From NCBI GenBank assembly GCA_036679645.1, contig JAZDCY010000011.1, positions 85,152-149,151 of the forward strand: a stretch of 64,000 bases of DNA, given 5' to 3'. Position 1 is the first letter of the stretch. Each line of letters begins with the position of its first letter. Below, piece after piece: positions 29,294-37,703 of the stretch. The notes below the pieces were generated by a model that was given only the letters and a program-made list of their open reading frames with translations, did no database searches and was not told the DNA's origin. This DNA comes from Gemmatimonadota bacterium. GTDB taxonomy: Bacteria; Gemmatimonadota; Gemmatimonadetes; Gemmatimonadales; GWC2-71-9. The position numbers and the translations under genes are program-made.

Positions 29294-29310
29294 GGCAGGA
29301 AGCGTGCCGA
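29294..29310 (-). promoter_or_regulatory. Sigma54 -24/-12 promoter of the cupredoxin gene
   Basis: TCGGCAC-GCTTC-CTGC, GG-N10-GC. Confidence 0.75.
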
Positions 29311-29414
29311 TCTGTTTGTTGCAACAAGGTTGTTTCAGGACACTATGTTATGCCGATCGAACCCGGGCGGGCGGCACGGGAGTGGGACCTGCAGCGTCAC
29401 ATTAAAGGCGGGAG

Positions 29415-29456
29415 ATGTCGCAGTCGGGACTGACGGGGAATGTCTCAGTCGGGACT
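29415..29456. promoter_or_regulatory. Tandem putative enhancer (UAS) sites
   Basis: ATGTCGCAGTCGGGACT and ATGTCTCAGTCGGGACT, 25 bp apart, 105-145 bp upstream of the sigma54 promoter. Confidence 0.65.
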
Positions 29457-30800
29457 CTAGAATGCGATGTCCGATCGAAGCCAGACAGTTGTGCCCTGAG
29501 ATCGTTCCCCAATGACTGCCTCGATCGCGACCCTGATATTCTGTCTCAGGAGGGCGATGACGCCGGGGAGCAGGCGCGTGTCCCGGCCGGCGCCGATCGC
29601 ATCGAACCCGACGGCTGAGGGGTCGATCCTCGTGTCGAAACGGTCCAGCTTCATCGACCCGATGAGCCACGGAAAGAGCATGAACTCGCCCTTGGCAAAC
29701 ACCGACGTATGGCGGAGCCCGACGCCGGCGCCCCACGGGTCGTCGTGGTCTCCGCGCACCCAACCGAGGCCGACATCCAGCGGTCCGTACAGGACCCGGG
29801 CGCTCACCCCGAAAGCACGGTGGGGGTCTTCACCCGCGATCCCGTTTGGTTCTCGTCCGATGTATCCGAAGTGCTCGATCGTGAGCGAACGGTCGAGGAG
29901 CTGGCCCCCGCTTCCCAGGACAGGCCGCCCGCCCTCGTCATACGTCCCGTCGAGGCCGAGCCCCCAAAGCTTGTAGCGGACCTTGTAGAAGAAATCCATG
30001 AAGTTGTTGTTGTCTTCCGTGGCGCGACCCGCGCCCTGCGCCAGACCCACGCCGTAGTACAACCGTCCTCCCACGAGGCCATTCAGTTCGATGGCCGGTG
30101 TGGTTCGGCGGAGTTGAAATGCGTTGCTCGACGGCAGGATCTGTCCCGTTACGTTATCGCGGAGTTCCACGTCGGTGGCGGCGAAACGCTGCCACGCGAA
30201 CACCTCTCGCGCCGCACGGTCGATCTGCCGGTCGGCGAAGGTGAAGAGGTACAGGTTCTGCAAGCCAAACCAGAGGTTCGCGGCCCGGGAGGGCAGCCAG
30301 GGAATCAGGTTCTGTATCTTGATCTTCGCCTGAACCACCTCGAGGCCGTTCTCCCGGGTCCATTCCGTCTCGAGGAAGGCCGAGAACGTCTCACCCAGCG
30401 TGCCCCCTGCCAGCAGGTACACCTCGTGCGGAAACCGGTAGCTGTAGCTGTAGTCTCCGTTGGCGTCCCGAGAGACGCGCACGTCGTTCTGGAGGCGGAT
30501 CGACACCGGAGAGGCCCCGGGTATTTCCCCGGGCCAGATGGCGCGCGGCCAGAGATCGCGCCAAGGGTCTTCGCCGAGCGGAACGGGTTCCTCGCGGCGC
30601 AACAGAACGTCATTCTCGGGGAACCGGTATCCGTTCAGCCGGAATGCCTCGCCCATCACGTTCAACTTCGGGGCGGCGATGTGGCAGGTGGAACAGCTCG
30701 TTCGGTACTTGCGCGCGAATGCGGGGATGCCTCCATGTGTCGCGTGCAGTGGAGGCGTTGACGCCGTTGTCGCCAGCAGGGCGAGGAGCGTGAGTTGCAC
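29457..30800 (-). CDS. Monoheme cytochrome c-porin fusion, Cyc2-like
   Basis: IPAFARKYRTSCSTCHIAAPKLNVMGEAFRLNGY; beta-strand-rich body, terminal Phe. Confidence 0.8.
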   Translation of the reverse strand: MQLTLLALLATTASTPPLHATHGGIPAFARKYRTSCSTCHIAAPKLNVMGEAFRLNGYRFPENDVLLRREEPVPLGEDPWRDLWPRAIWPGEIPGASPVSIRLQNDVRVSRDANGDYSYSYRFPHEVYLLAGGTLGETFSAFLETEWTRENGLEVVQAKIKIQNLIPWLPSRAANLWFGLQNLYLFTFADRQIDRAAREVFAWQRFAATDVELRDNVTGQILPSSNAFQLRRTTPAIELNGLVGGRLYYGVGLAQGAGRATEDNNNFMDFFYKVRYKLWGLGLDGTYDEGGRPVLGSGGQLLDRSLTIEHFGYIGREPNGIAGEDPHRAFGVSARVLYGPLDVGLGWVRGDHDDPWGAGVGLRHTSVFAKGEFMLFPWLIGSMKLDRFDTRIDPSAVGFDAIGAGRDTRLLPGVIALLRQNIRVAIEAVIGERSQGTTVWLRSDIAF

Positions 30801-30806
30801 GGTGCG

Positions 30807-31397
30807 TTACCTCCGCGTGAGCCGCAGTTCGAGGCGCGTGGGTTCGCCGGGGCTCACGACAAGGGCTCGACGGAACGGGCGGGTCCGGCGGTGCCAGATG
30901 TGGAGCTGGTAAGAGCCGGGAGGAACGTCGGGAATCACAAAGCGTCCGGTCCGATCGGCAACGGCGTGGAAGGGTGTCGGCACCGTGACGACGTACGCGA
31001 CCATCTCCGGGTGAACGTGGCAGAGTATGACGTGGCTTCCCATCTCCGTGAACGTGTGCGGCCGCTCCTCCCCACGCGGGTACGTCCCGAGGTCGAACGC
31101 CGGCTCGGCGCCTGCGGGGTGGAAGACGTTATGGAAGACGGGGTCGCTGTTCCGGAATCGGATCGTCAGGCCCGGTTGACCGACCAACACCCGGGGCATG
31201 AATCGGAGATTGGTCTGATCGATCATGAGTGTCTCGGGGAGAGCTGCGAACGACCCGCCCGGGTTCGGTACGAGATAGGCCACCGCGCCGCGCGTTCGCA
31301 CGTTCGCTGCCGTGAGGACGCCCTCGACCTGCGTCGTTTGCGCCGTGGACGTTGCGGCCCACGAGGCCAGGAGCGCGATGGCACCGGCGGCCTTCAA
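30807..31397 (-). CDS. Secreted cupredoxin-like / carboxypeptidase-regulatory-domain protein
   Basis: FRNSDPVFHNVF...CHVHPEM...VPPGSYQLHIWH. Confidence 0.75.
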   Translation of the reverse strand: MKAAGAIALLASWAATSTAQTTQVEGVLTAANVRTRGAVAYLVPNPGGSFAALPETLMIDQTNLRFMPRVLVGQPGLTIRFRNSDPVFHNVFHPAGAEPAFDLGTYPRGEERPHTFTEMGSHVILCHVHPEMVAYVVTVPTPFHAVADRTGRFVIPDVPPGSYQLHIWHRRTRPFRRALVVSPGEPTRLELRLTRR

Positions 31398-32782
31398 TCG
31401 CGCTCCGGTGGGGTGGTCGTCTCGGCCGTGTCACCGGCTAACCAGCGGTGCAACGTGCGCCGGCTCACGCCAGCCGTGACGGCGGCACGGGAGATGTTGC
31501 CATCGTGATGGGCCAGCAGGCGTTGGATGTATGCGCGCCGGAACGCGATGATCGCCTTCTCGCGGGCGGTCGCATACGGTGGCGGGACTTCCTCGGCCGG
31601 GCCGTCTGCCCAACCGCGCACGACGTCGGGCAGATCGGATACCGTGATCCGGCCGTCGTCATCCATCACCACGAGCCGCTGCGCCAGGTTGCGCAACTCA
31701 CGCACGTTGCCCGGCCACCTATACGCTTCGAGCGCCGTCCACGCCTCGGGGGACACGCGAGGGGGATCCCGTCCCGCCTCGTCCGCGAACCGTTTGAGGA
31801 ACGCGTGCACGAGCAGCGGCAGGTCGCCGGTTCGGACGCGGAGGGGGGGGACGTCGAGCTGGACGACGTTGAGCCGGTAGAACAGATCCTGGCGAAACAG
31901 GCCTCGGTTCACAGCCTTGGTCAGGTCGATATTCGTGGCCGCCACCAGGCGGATGTCGATTGCCGCGAGCGACGTGCTCCCTACTGGTCGTACCTGCCGC
32001 TCCTCGAGCGCCCGTAGCAACTTCGCTTGGAGGCTTCCGGGCAATTCCCCGACCTCGTCCAGAAAAACCGTCCCACCGCTCGCGGCGACGAACAGTCCCA
32101 CTTTTCGCGTGACAGCTCCGGTAAACGCGCCCCGCTCGTGGCCAAACAATTCACTCTCGAGCAATGCCTCGGGTAATGCGGCACAGTCGAGGGGTACGAA
32201 GGGGCCGGAGCGCCGCTTGCTATGTTGGTGGATAGATCGTGCGACGAGTTCCTTCCCGGTTCCGCTCTCGCCGGCGATGAGCACGTTTGCCTCCGATGGA
32301 GCGACGCGTTCCACTTGCTCCAGCAAACGGGTGATGGCAGGTGATGCCCCGATGATCGGGTCAAAGCCTCGGCCTTCCACCCGTTCGCGCAGTTCGCGGT
32401 TCTCGATCGTCAATCCTCTGTACCGCACGGCGCGTTCGACCGTGACCACGAGTTGCTCCCGCGAGAACGGCTTGCCGATGTAGTCGAATGCTCCCTCGCG
32501 AATGGCCTGAACCGCCGACGTGACCGTCGCGTATGCCGTCATGATGATCACGGGAAGCATTGGGTCTACCGCCAGCGCGGCGGCGAGTACTGTCATCCCG
32601 TCCACCTCAGGCATCCGGAGGTCGAGGAGCAGCACATCCGGGGAGGACGCCGCGAGCGCGTCGTGGAGTTGCGTGGGGTCGTTGAGCGTATGCGGCACAA
32701 ACCCCGCGTGCGAGAGGAGGCGACGGCAGTTCTCCAGCATGTCCGGCTCGTCGTCGATCACCAGGACGCTGGCTCGACTCAC
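31394..32782 (-). CDS. Sigma54-dependent response regulator (NtrC/AtoC family)
   Basis: Receiver; GESGTGKEL, ESELFGHERGAFTGA, WPGNVREL; Fis HTH. Confidence 0.95.
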   Translation of the reverse strand: MSRASVLVIDDEPDMLENCRRLLSHAGFVPHTLNDPTQLHDALAASSPDVLLLDLRMPEVDGMTVLAAALAVDPMLPVIIMTAYATVTSAVQAIREGAFDYIGKPFSREQLVVTVERAVRYRGLTIENRELRERVEGRGFDPIIGASPAITRLLEQVERVAPSEANVLIAGESGTGKELVARSIHQHSKRRSGPFVPLDCAALPEALLESELFGHERGAFTGAVTRKVGLFVAASGGTVFLDEVGELPGSLQAKLLRALEERQVRPVGSTSLAAIDIRLVAATNIDLTKAVNRGLFRQDLFYRLNVVQLDVPPLRVRTGDLPLLVHAFLKRFADEAGRDPPRVSPEAWTALEAYRWPGNVRELRNLAQRLVVMDDDGRITVSDLPDVVRGWADGPAEEVPPPYATAREKAIIAFRRAYIQRLLAHHDGNISRAAVTAGVSRRTLHRWLAGDTAETTTPPERD

Positions 32783-35064
32783 GCGTCACCTCCGGCAGCG
32801 GGCTTGAGCGCCGCCACGAACACGCTCCCGGACCCGTGAGGGGAACCCTCGACCCAGATGTGCCCACCATGTCGCTCCACGATGCTGCGGCAGAGCGAGA
32901 GTCCCAATCCCGTGCCGCGCACCCCCTTCGTCGTGAAGAATGGCTCGAAAATCCGCTCACGCAGCTCATCTGGAACGCCCACCCCATCATCGGCGACTCG
33001 CAGTTCGACCAAGTCCCGCGAAGGATCGTGGCGGGTTGTGATCGTAATCGTGCCTCCCGACGGCATCGCATCGGCCGCGTTCAGCAGTAGGTTCATGCAC
33101 ACGGTCTCCAGGGCGCTGGCACTTCCTATGACAGGTGGGGGCTCCGTTTCCCGGACCACATCGATCCGGATGTGGCGGCCAATCAGCGTGCGCTCGAGCA
33201 GGTGCGCGAGGCGTCCCGCTACGTCGCCCAGGTTGACCTGACCGGGTTGCTCATCGCCATCGCGAGCGAACCGCAACAGGTCGCGAGTGGTGTCGCTGAG
33301 GCGCGTAGTATGGTCGCGCAACACGGCTAGATCGCCGCGGAGACTGGCGTGCTCCGGGAGCGACTCGATCTCGGCTTCCATGCACTCGAGACGGTTCGTG
33401 ATAATGGCCAGCGGGTTATTGATCTCGTGGGCAATGCCGGCGGCCATGACACTGATGGCGGCGAGTCGCTCGGACCGCCGCATGTGATCCTCGACCTTAG
33501 CCTGCAGGCTCGTGTCACGGAAGATCAGCGACATCCCGTGCGGGGTGCCGGCGTCGTCAGTGATGACCGTCTCGGTCACGCTCACCGGAATCAGCTTCCC
33601 GCCTTTGACCGTGCGCTGCGCCTGGAGATTGACCACGGCGCCCGTACGCGCGAGTTCGCGGTCGAGGTACTCCCGTTCGGCCTGCGCCTCGGAGCTGGTC
33701 GGCGTGAGGAGCTCGTCGACGTTCCGGCCGATCGCTTCCTGGGCAGCGTACCCGAACAAGCGTTCGGCGCCGCGGTTCCAGACGCGAACCCGCCGCTCGT
33801 CATCCGTCCCGACGATGGCGTCCGCCGAGTGGGCGAGGATGTCAGTGAGTTCGGCATGCGCTGTTTGCAGTTCGCGGGTACGCCGGGCGACCACCTCTTC
33901 TAGTTCCCGACGATGTGCGGTCAGCGTCTCGGCCATGAGCGCAAAGTCCGTCGCGAACTCCTCGAGTTCGTCATTGGTCTGGATGGTGAGCGGGGGCGGG
34001 ATCTCTCCTCTCGCGAGACGGGCGGCTCCCTCGCGCAGTTGATATATCGGTTCCGTCATTTGCCGCGCGGCGAGCATCGCCAGCGCCGAGACGACGATCA
34101 CGATCAGTGATCCCGCGATGACGGTCCAGCTCAAGAACTGCCGGACCGGGGCCTTGATCGTGGACAGCGGAACGGCACGGGCGAGCGTGAGCGGCGCCCC
34201 GTACTGTCCGAGGTCGACGCTGGCCAAGCTCACGAGCTGACTGCGCCAGGCCTGCGTCGTGGGTGTCCGCCCGCCGTTGCGGCGTTGGGACGTGTCAGTC
34301 ATTGCCAGCCAGCCCGTGTCCAGGTCTTCGGCCAACAGGCTCCGCCAGTCCCGCTTGCGCTCGGAGTGGTAGAGGATCAATCCGCTCGAGTCGAGGAGAA
34401 CGGTCGTGCCAGGCAGTTCCGGCGAGTGGTTGTCGAGATCGCCGAATACGACGCTCGCAAACGCCTCACCGACGACTGCACCGTGGAACACGCCGCTCGA
34501 ATCCCGCACGGCAACGACGACGGCAATGGCAGGCACCGGAGTCGAGACGCCCGCCGCATCGCGTGCCGCCCGGAGCTCAACGGGCATCGTCAGATGGTCG
34601 CCCTCTCCGAGTTCCCGCGCGCGGTGGATGTAATAGAACCCGCTGACGTCATCGTCCGGAGCGCCGTCTGCCTGTATGGATGATGTCCCTGCGCGAAAGA
34701 CGATCGTTCCGTCGTCAGAGATAACGCGGACCTGAAAGAGCGCCGGGTGCCGCTCGACGAACTCGGTGACGGTTTGTGTCAGGTGCGCCCCGGTGTCACG
34801 AGGTATGAGGACCGTCGCCTCGAGCAGAGCCTCAGAGAGAAACTCCACATCGTACTGAACGCGCGTCAGCAGCTGCTCGGCCTGTGTACGCGCCGTGGTC
34901 ACGTCGTGCTCGAGAGTTGCCTGGGCCCGGGCTCGCAGCCGGGGAACCGCGACGCCCGCGGCGACGACGGCCAGCAACGCAACGGGAAGCGTCGCAAGCG
35001 AGGCAAAGGCGATGCTCAGCTTCGCGCGGATCGACAAGCGGGGGAAGAGCTTGTTGAGGTTCAC
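32779..35064 (-). CDS. Sensor histidine kinase (periplasmic sensor, HAMP, PAS, HisKA, HATPase)
   Basis: AHEINNPL, NLLLNAADAM, FEPFFTTK, GTGLGL. Confidence 0.93.
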   Translation of the reverse strand: MNLNKLFPRLSIRAKLSIAFASLATLPVALLAVVAAGVAVPRLRARAQATLEHDVTTARTQAEQLLTRVQYDVEFLSEALLEATVLIPRDTGAHLTQTVTEFVERHPALFQVRVISDDGTIVFRAGTSSIQADGAPDDDVSGFYYIHRARELGEGDHLTMPVELRAARDAAGVSTPVPAIAVVVAVRDSSGVFHGAVVGEAFASVVFGDLDNHSPELPGTTVLLDSSGLILYHSERKRDWRSLLAEDLDTGWLAMTDTSQRRNGGRTPTTQAWRSQLVSLASVDLGQYGAPLTLARAVPLSTIKAPVRQFLSWTVIAGSLIVIVVSALAMLAARQMTEPIYQLREGAARLARGEIPPPLTIQTNDELEEFATDFALMAETLTAHRRELEEVVARRTRELQTAHAELTDILAHSADAIVGTDDERRVRVWNRGAERLFGYAAQEAIGRNVDELLTPTSSEAQAEREYLDRELARTGAVVNLQAQRTVKGGKLIPVSVTETVITDDAGTPHGMSLIFRDTSLQAKVEDHMRRSERLAAISVMAAGIAHEINNPLAIITNRLECMEAEIESLPEHASLRGDLAVLRDHTTRLSDTTRDLLRFARDGDEQPGQVNLGDVAGRLAHLLERTLIGRHIRIDVVRETEPPPVIGSASALETVCMNLLLNAADAMPSGGTITITTRHDPSRDLVELRVADDGVGVPDELRERIFEPFFTTKGVRGTGLGLSLCRSIVERHGGHIWVEGSPHGSGSVFVAALKPAAGGDA

Positions 35065-35196
35065 GCGAGATGCCTCCGATACCCGAGCAGTAGAGTTGTT
35101 TATACTCCTTTGCCCTTAATTCGCGTGCAGCCGCTCGTGAAGAATCCTTCAGGAGCGCCATTGCCGCGACGAGACTCATCGGGGCATTCTTCCCGC

Positions 35197-36951
35197 GTGC
35201 CGCAGACCTTTGCCGTTCCCGCGACCACCGCCGCCGAGTTGGCTGCGGTGTTCCTCCAGGCCGCCGTGACCCTTGGCCTGGCGGCGCTCTTCACGGTCCT
35301 CTGGCGCCGCTACGGCAAACCCTACTTTGGCTGGTTCTCCCTCGCCTGGTTCCTCTACCTGTTGCGCTTGGGCGCGATCACCAGCTTTCTGCTCAGCGAG
35401 AACTGGATCTGGCTGTACTGGCATCAGGTGGTCACGGGCTGGACCGCGCTGGTGCTGCTCTGGGCGGCGCTGGTTTTTTCGCGCCAGTTCCGCTGGCACC
35501 CGCAGTACCTCGCGGCCGTACTGTTCCCGCCGCTCTGGTCGTACGTGGCGATCTACCGCATGGACAACTTCCTCCTCGCAGCGGGACCGGCCGTCGGGTT
35601 CCTGAGCCTTGCCACCATGTGGACCGGATGGTCGTTCTTCCGTCACTATCGGCGCGTCGGGGCCCGTGCGGCGGCCTTCCTTGCCGGCGCGCTGTTTCTG
35701 TGGGGATTGCACCACCTCGATTACCCGTTCCTGCGGGCGCGCGGCGCTTGGAACCCGTGGGGCTACTACATCGACCTGCTCTTCGTCCTGTCGATGGGAG
35801 CGGGAATCTTGCTTCTCGTCGTGGAAGATCTCCAGCGTGGTCTCGGCGCGCTGGTTGCCCTATCGAACGACCTGCAGCGGCGCGAGCCCGAAGACGACCT
35901 GCCCGGCGCATTGCTGACCCGCATCCTGTCGCTTGCCGGCGTGCGCGGCAGCGCGATGTACGTATGCAAGGACGGCACGATCCAGCACGTGCGCAGTGTC
36001 GGCGCGTGCGCCGCCTGGGAAGCAGCCGGACCGCCGGCCGCGGTCCGTGCGGTCATCAAACACATGCTCGAGACGGGGCAGCCGGAAACGGTCGGTGATA
36101 AGGTGTATCCCTTCGTCGCCTCGCTCCCCGTGCTCCGGGGCGATGTCGTGACCGGCTCGCTCGTTGTGGTGGGCGACGCGCGGGACCCCTTTGCGGCACT
36201 CGACAACCGGTTCCTTCTGGCCTTGGGACGCCAGGTGGGCGCGGCACTTGCGAACGTAGATCTCACGCACCGTCTCGAGACGCGTACGGCCGAACTCGAA
36301 CGGCTCACGGCGCGGATGGTCCAGCAACACGAAAGCGAACGTCGCCGGTTGTCCCGCGAGTTGCACGACGAGACCGCGCAGGTTTTCTCTGCCGTCAAAC
36401 TGCAACTGGGGATCCTACGCGAGTCGGCGACGCCGGATCTCGCGCCCCGGCTCGATCGCGCGCTCGAGTTGATCGATACCGGGATCACGGGAATCCGCAA
36501 CGTGACACATTCACTACGGCCGCCACTGCTCGACGAGCTCGGTGCGCTGCCGGCCCTGCGGGCGCTCGTGGAAGAATGCCGGCAGGGGAGTGACCTGGCG
36601 ATCGAATTCGAGGCACCCGATTGCCTGCCGCAACTCTCCGAACCCGCGGAGCTTGCGCTCTACCGTGCGCTGCAAGAAGGATTGGCCAACGTCCTGCGCC
36701 ACGCCGACGCAACAAGCGTGCGGGTAGCGGTGGCGGCCACGAACGGCACGCTGGAACTAGCGGTCACGGATGACGGAAGAGGTGTTTCGGCCGAGGGATC
36801 ACTCGATGACCTCGAGCGACAGGGCCACATGGGGCTCGCGGGAATGCGGGAACGCATCGCGGCACTTGGCGGATCGGTTGTGATCTCGCGGGCGCCGACC
36901 GGAGGTACGTCGCTGGTGGTTCGCATACCCGCTCCCACATCGACGCCATGA
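35197..36951 (+). CDS. Multi-TM GAF sensor histidine kinase (HisKA_3)
   Basis: About 7 TM; ERRRLSRELHDE, LRPPLLDELG, QEGLANVLRHA, GLAGMRER; start set at GTG 35197 to avoid overlap. Confidence 0.88.
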   Translation: MPQTFAVPATTAAELAAVFLQAAVTLGLAALFTVLWRRYGKPYFGWFSLAWFLYLLRLGAITSFLLSENWIWLYWHQVVTGWTALVLLWAALVFSRQFRWHPQYLAAVLFPPLWSYVAIYRMDNFLLAAGPAVGFLSLATMWTGWSFFRHYRRVGARAAAFLAGALFLWGLHHLDYPFLRARGAWNPWGYYIDLLFVLSMGAGILLLVVEDLQRGLGALVALSNDLQRREPEDDLPGALLTRILSLAGVRGSAMYVCKDGTIQHVRSVGACAAWEAAGPPAAVRAVIKHMLETGQPETVGDKVYPFVASLPVLRGDVVTGSLVVVGDARDPFAALDNRFLLALGRQVGAALANVDLTHRLETRTAELERLTARMVQQHESERRRLSRELHDETAQVFSAVKLQLGILRESATPDLAPRLDRALELIDTGITGIRNVTHSLRPPLLDELGALPALRALVEECRQGSDLAIEFEAPDCLPQLSEPAELALYRALQEGLANVLRHADATSVRVAVAATNGTLELAVTDDGRGVSAEGSLDDLERQGHMGLAGMRERIAALGGSVVISRAPTGGTSLVVRIPAPTSTP

Positions 36952-37607
36952 GCGACGACACGATCCGCATAGTGATCGCCGATGACCACACTATCGTGCG
37001 GGAGGGCATCCGCTCGGTGCTCGAGACGGCCGGGGATCTCGACGTCGTGGGCGAGGCGGCGACGGGTGCCGAGGCACTTCGGCTGGTGGAAGACCTGTCG
37101 CCCGACGTACTCGTGCTCGATATCTCGATGCCCGAGGGGTCGGGCCTGGATGTCACGCGCCAGCTGCGCACTGCCGGTTCCGCGGTCCCACGTGTCCTGA
37201 TCCTGAGCGTCTACGACGACACCGAGTTCGTGGTCGAGGCCGTGCGTGCGGGCGCCGCCGGCTATCTGCGGAAGGACTCATCTCCCTCGGAGCTACGCGA
37301 TGCGGTGCGCACCGTGCATCGGGGAGAGGAGTATTTCTCTCCCGCGGTGGCCAGCCGCCTCAGCTCCGCCATCCGAGATGGCTCGCCGCGCCGCGCAGCG
37401 ACGCCGCTTGACGTGCTCACGAGCCGGGAACGAGAGGTCCTTGCACTAGTCGCCACCGGGCTCACGAACAAGGAGGTCGCCGCGCGTCTCGGGATAAGTC
37501 ACAGGACTGTCGAAAGTCATCGTGAACATCTCGTGAAGAAGCTGGGTGTGCAGTCGGTTGCCGAATTGACCAAACTGGCACTGAAATCGGGACTTATCGC
37601 CGATTGA
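36948..37607 (+). CDS. NarL/LuxR family response regulator
   Basis: ADDH, LDISMP, LTSREREVL, TNKEVA, TVESHR. Confidence 0.95.
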   Translation: MSDDTIRIVIADDHTIVREGIRSVLETAGDLDVVGEAATGAEALRLVEDLSPDVLVLDISMPEGSGLDVTRQLRTAGSAVPRVLILSVYDDTEFVVEAVRAGAAGYLRKDSSPSELRDAVRTVHRGEEYFSPAVASRLSSAIRDGSPRRAATPLDVLTSREREVLALVATGLTNKEVAARLGISHRTVESHREHLVKKLGVQSVAELTKLALKSGLIAD

Positions 37608-37703
37608 TTCCGTAGAAACCCGGATCTCCCATCCGTAGCTCGCCGAATAGCATCCTTTCAAACGCTGTCTATCGTGAAGCGAATCATGTACGGAGGCTTC
37701 ACG

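Noticed and set aside
34747..35196. ORF-track N-terminal extensions (also 11537, 9553, 10191, 61776, 51387)
   Set aside because: Overlap neighbouring genes or leaders; better starts with RBS or coupling lie downstream
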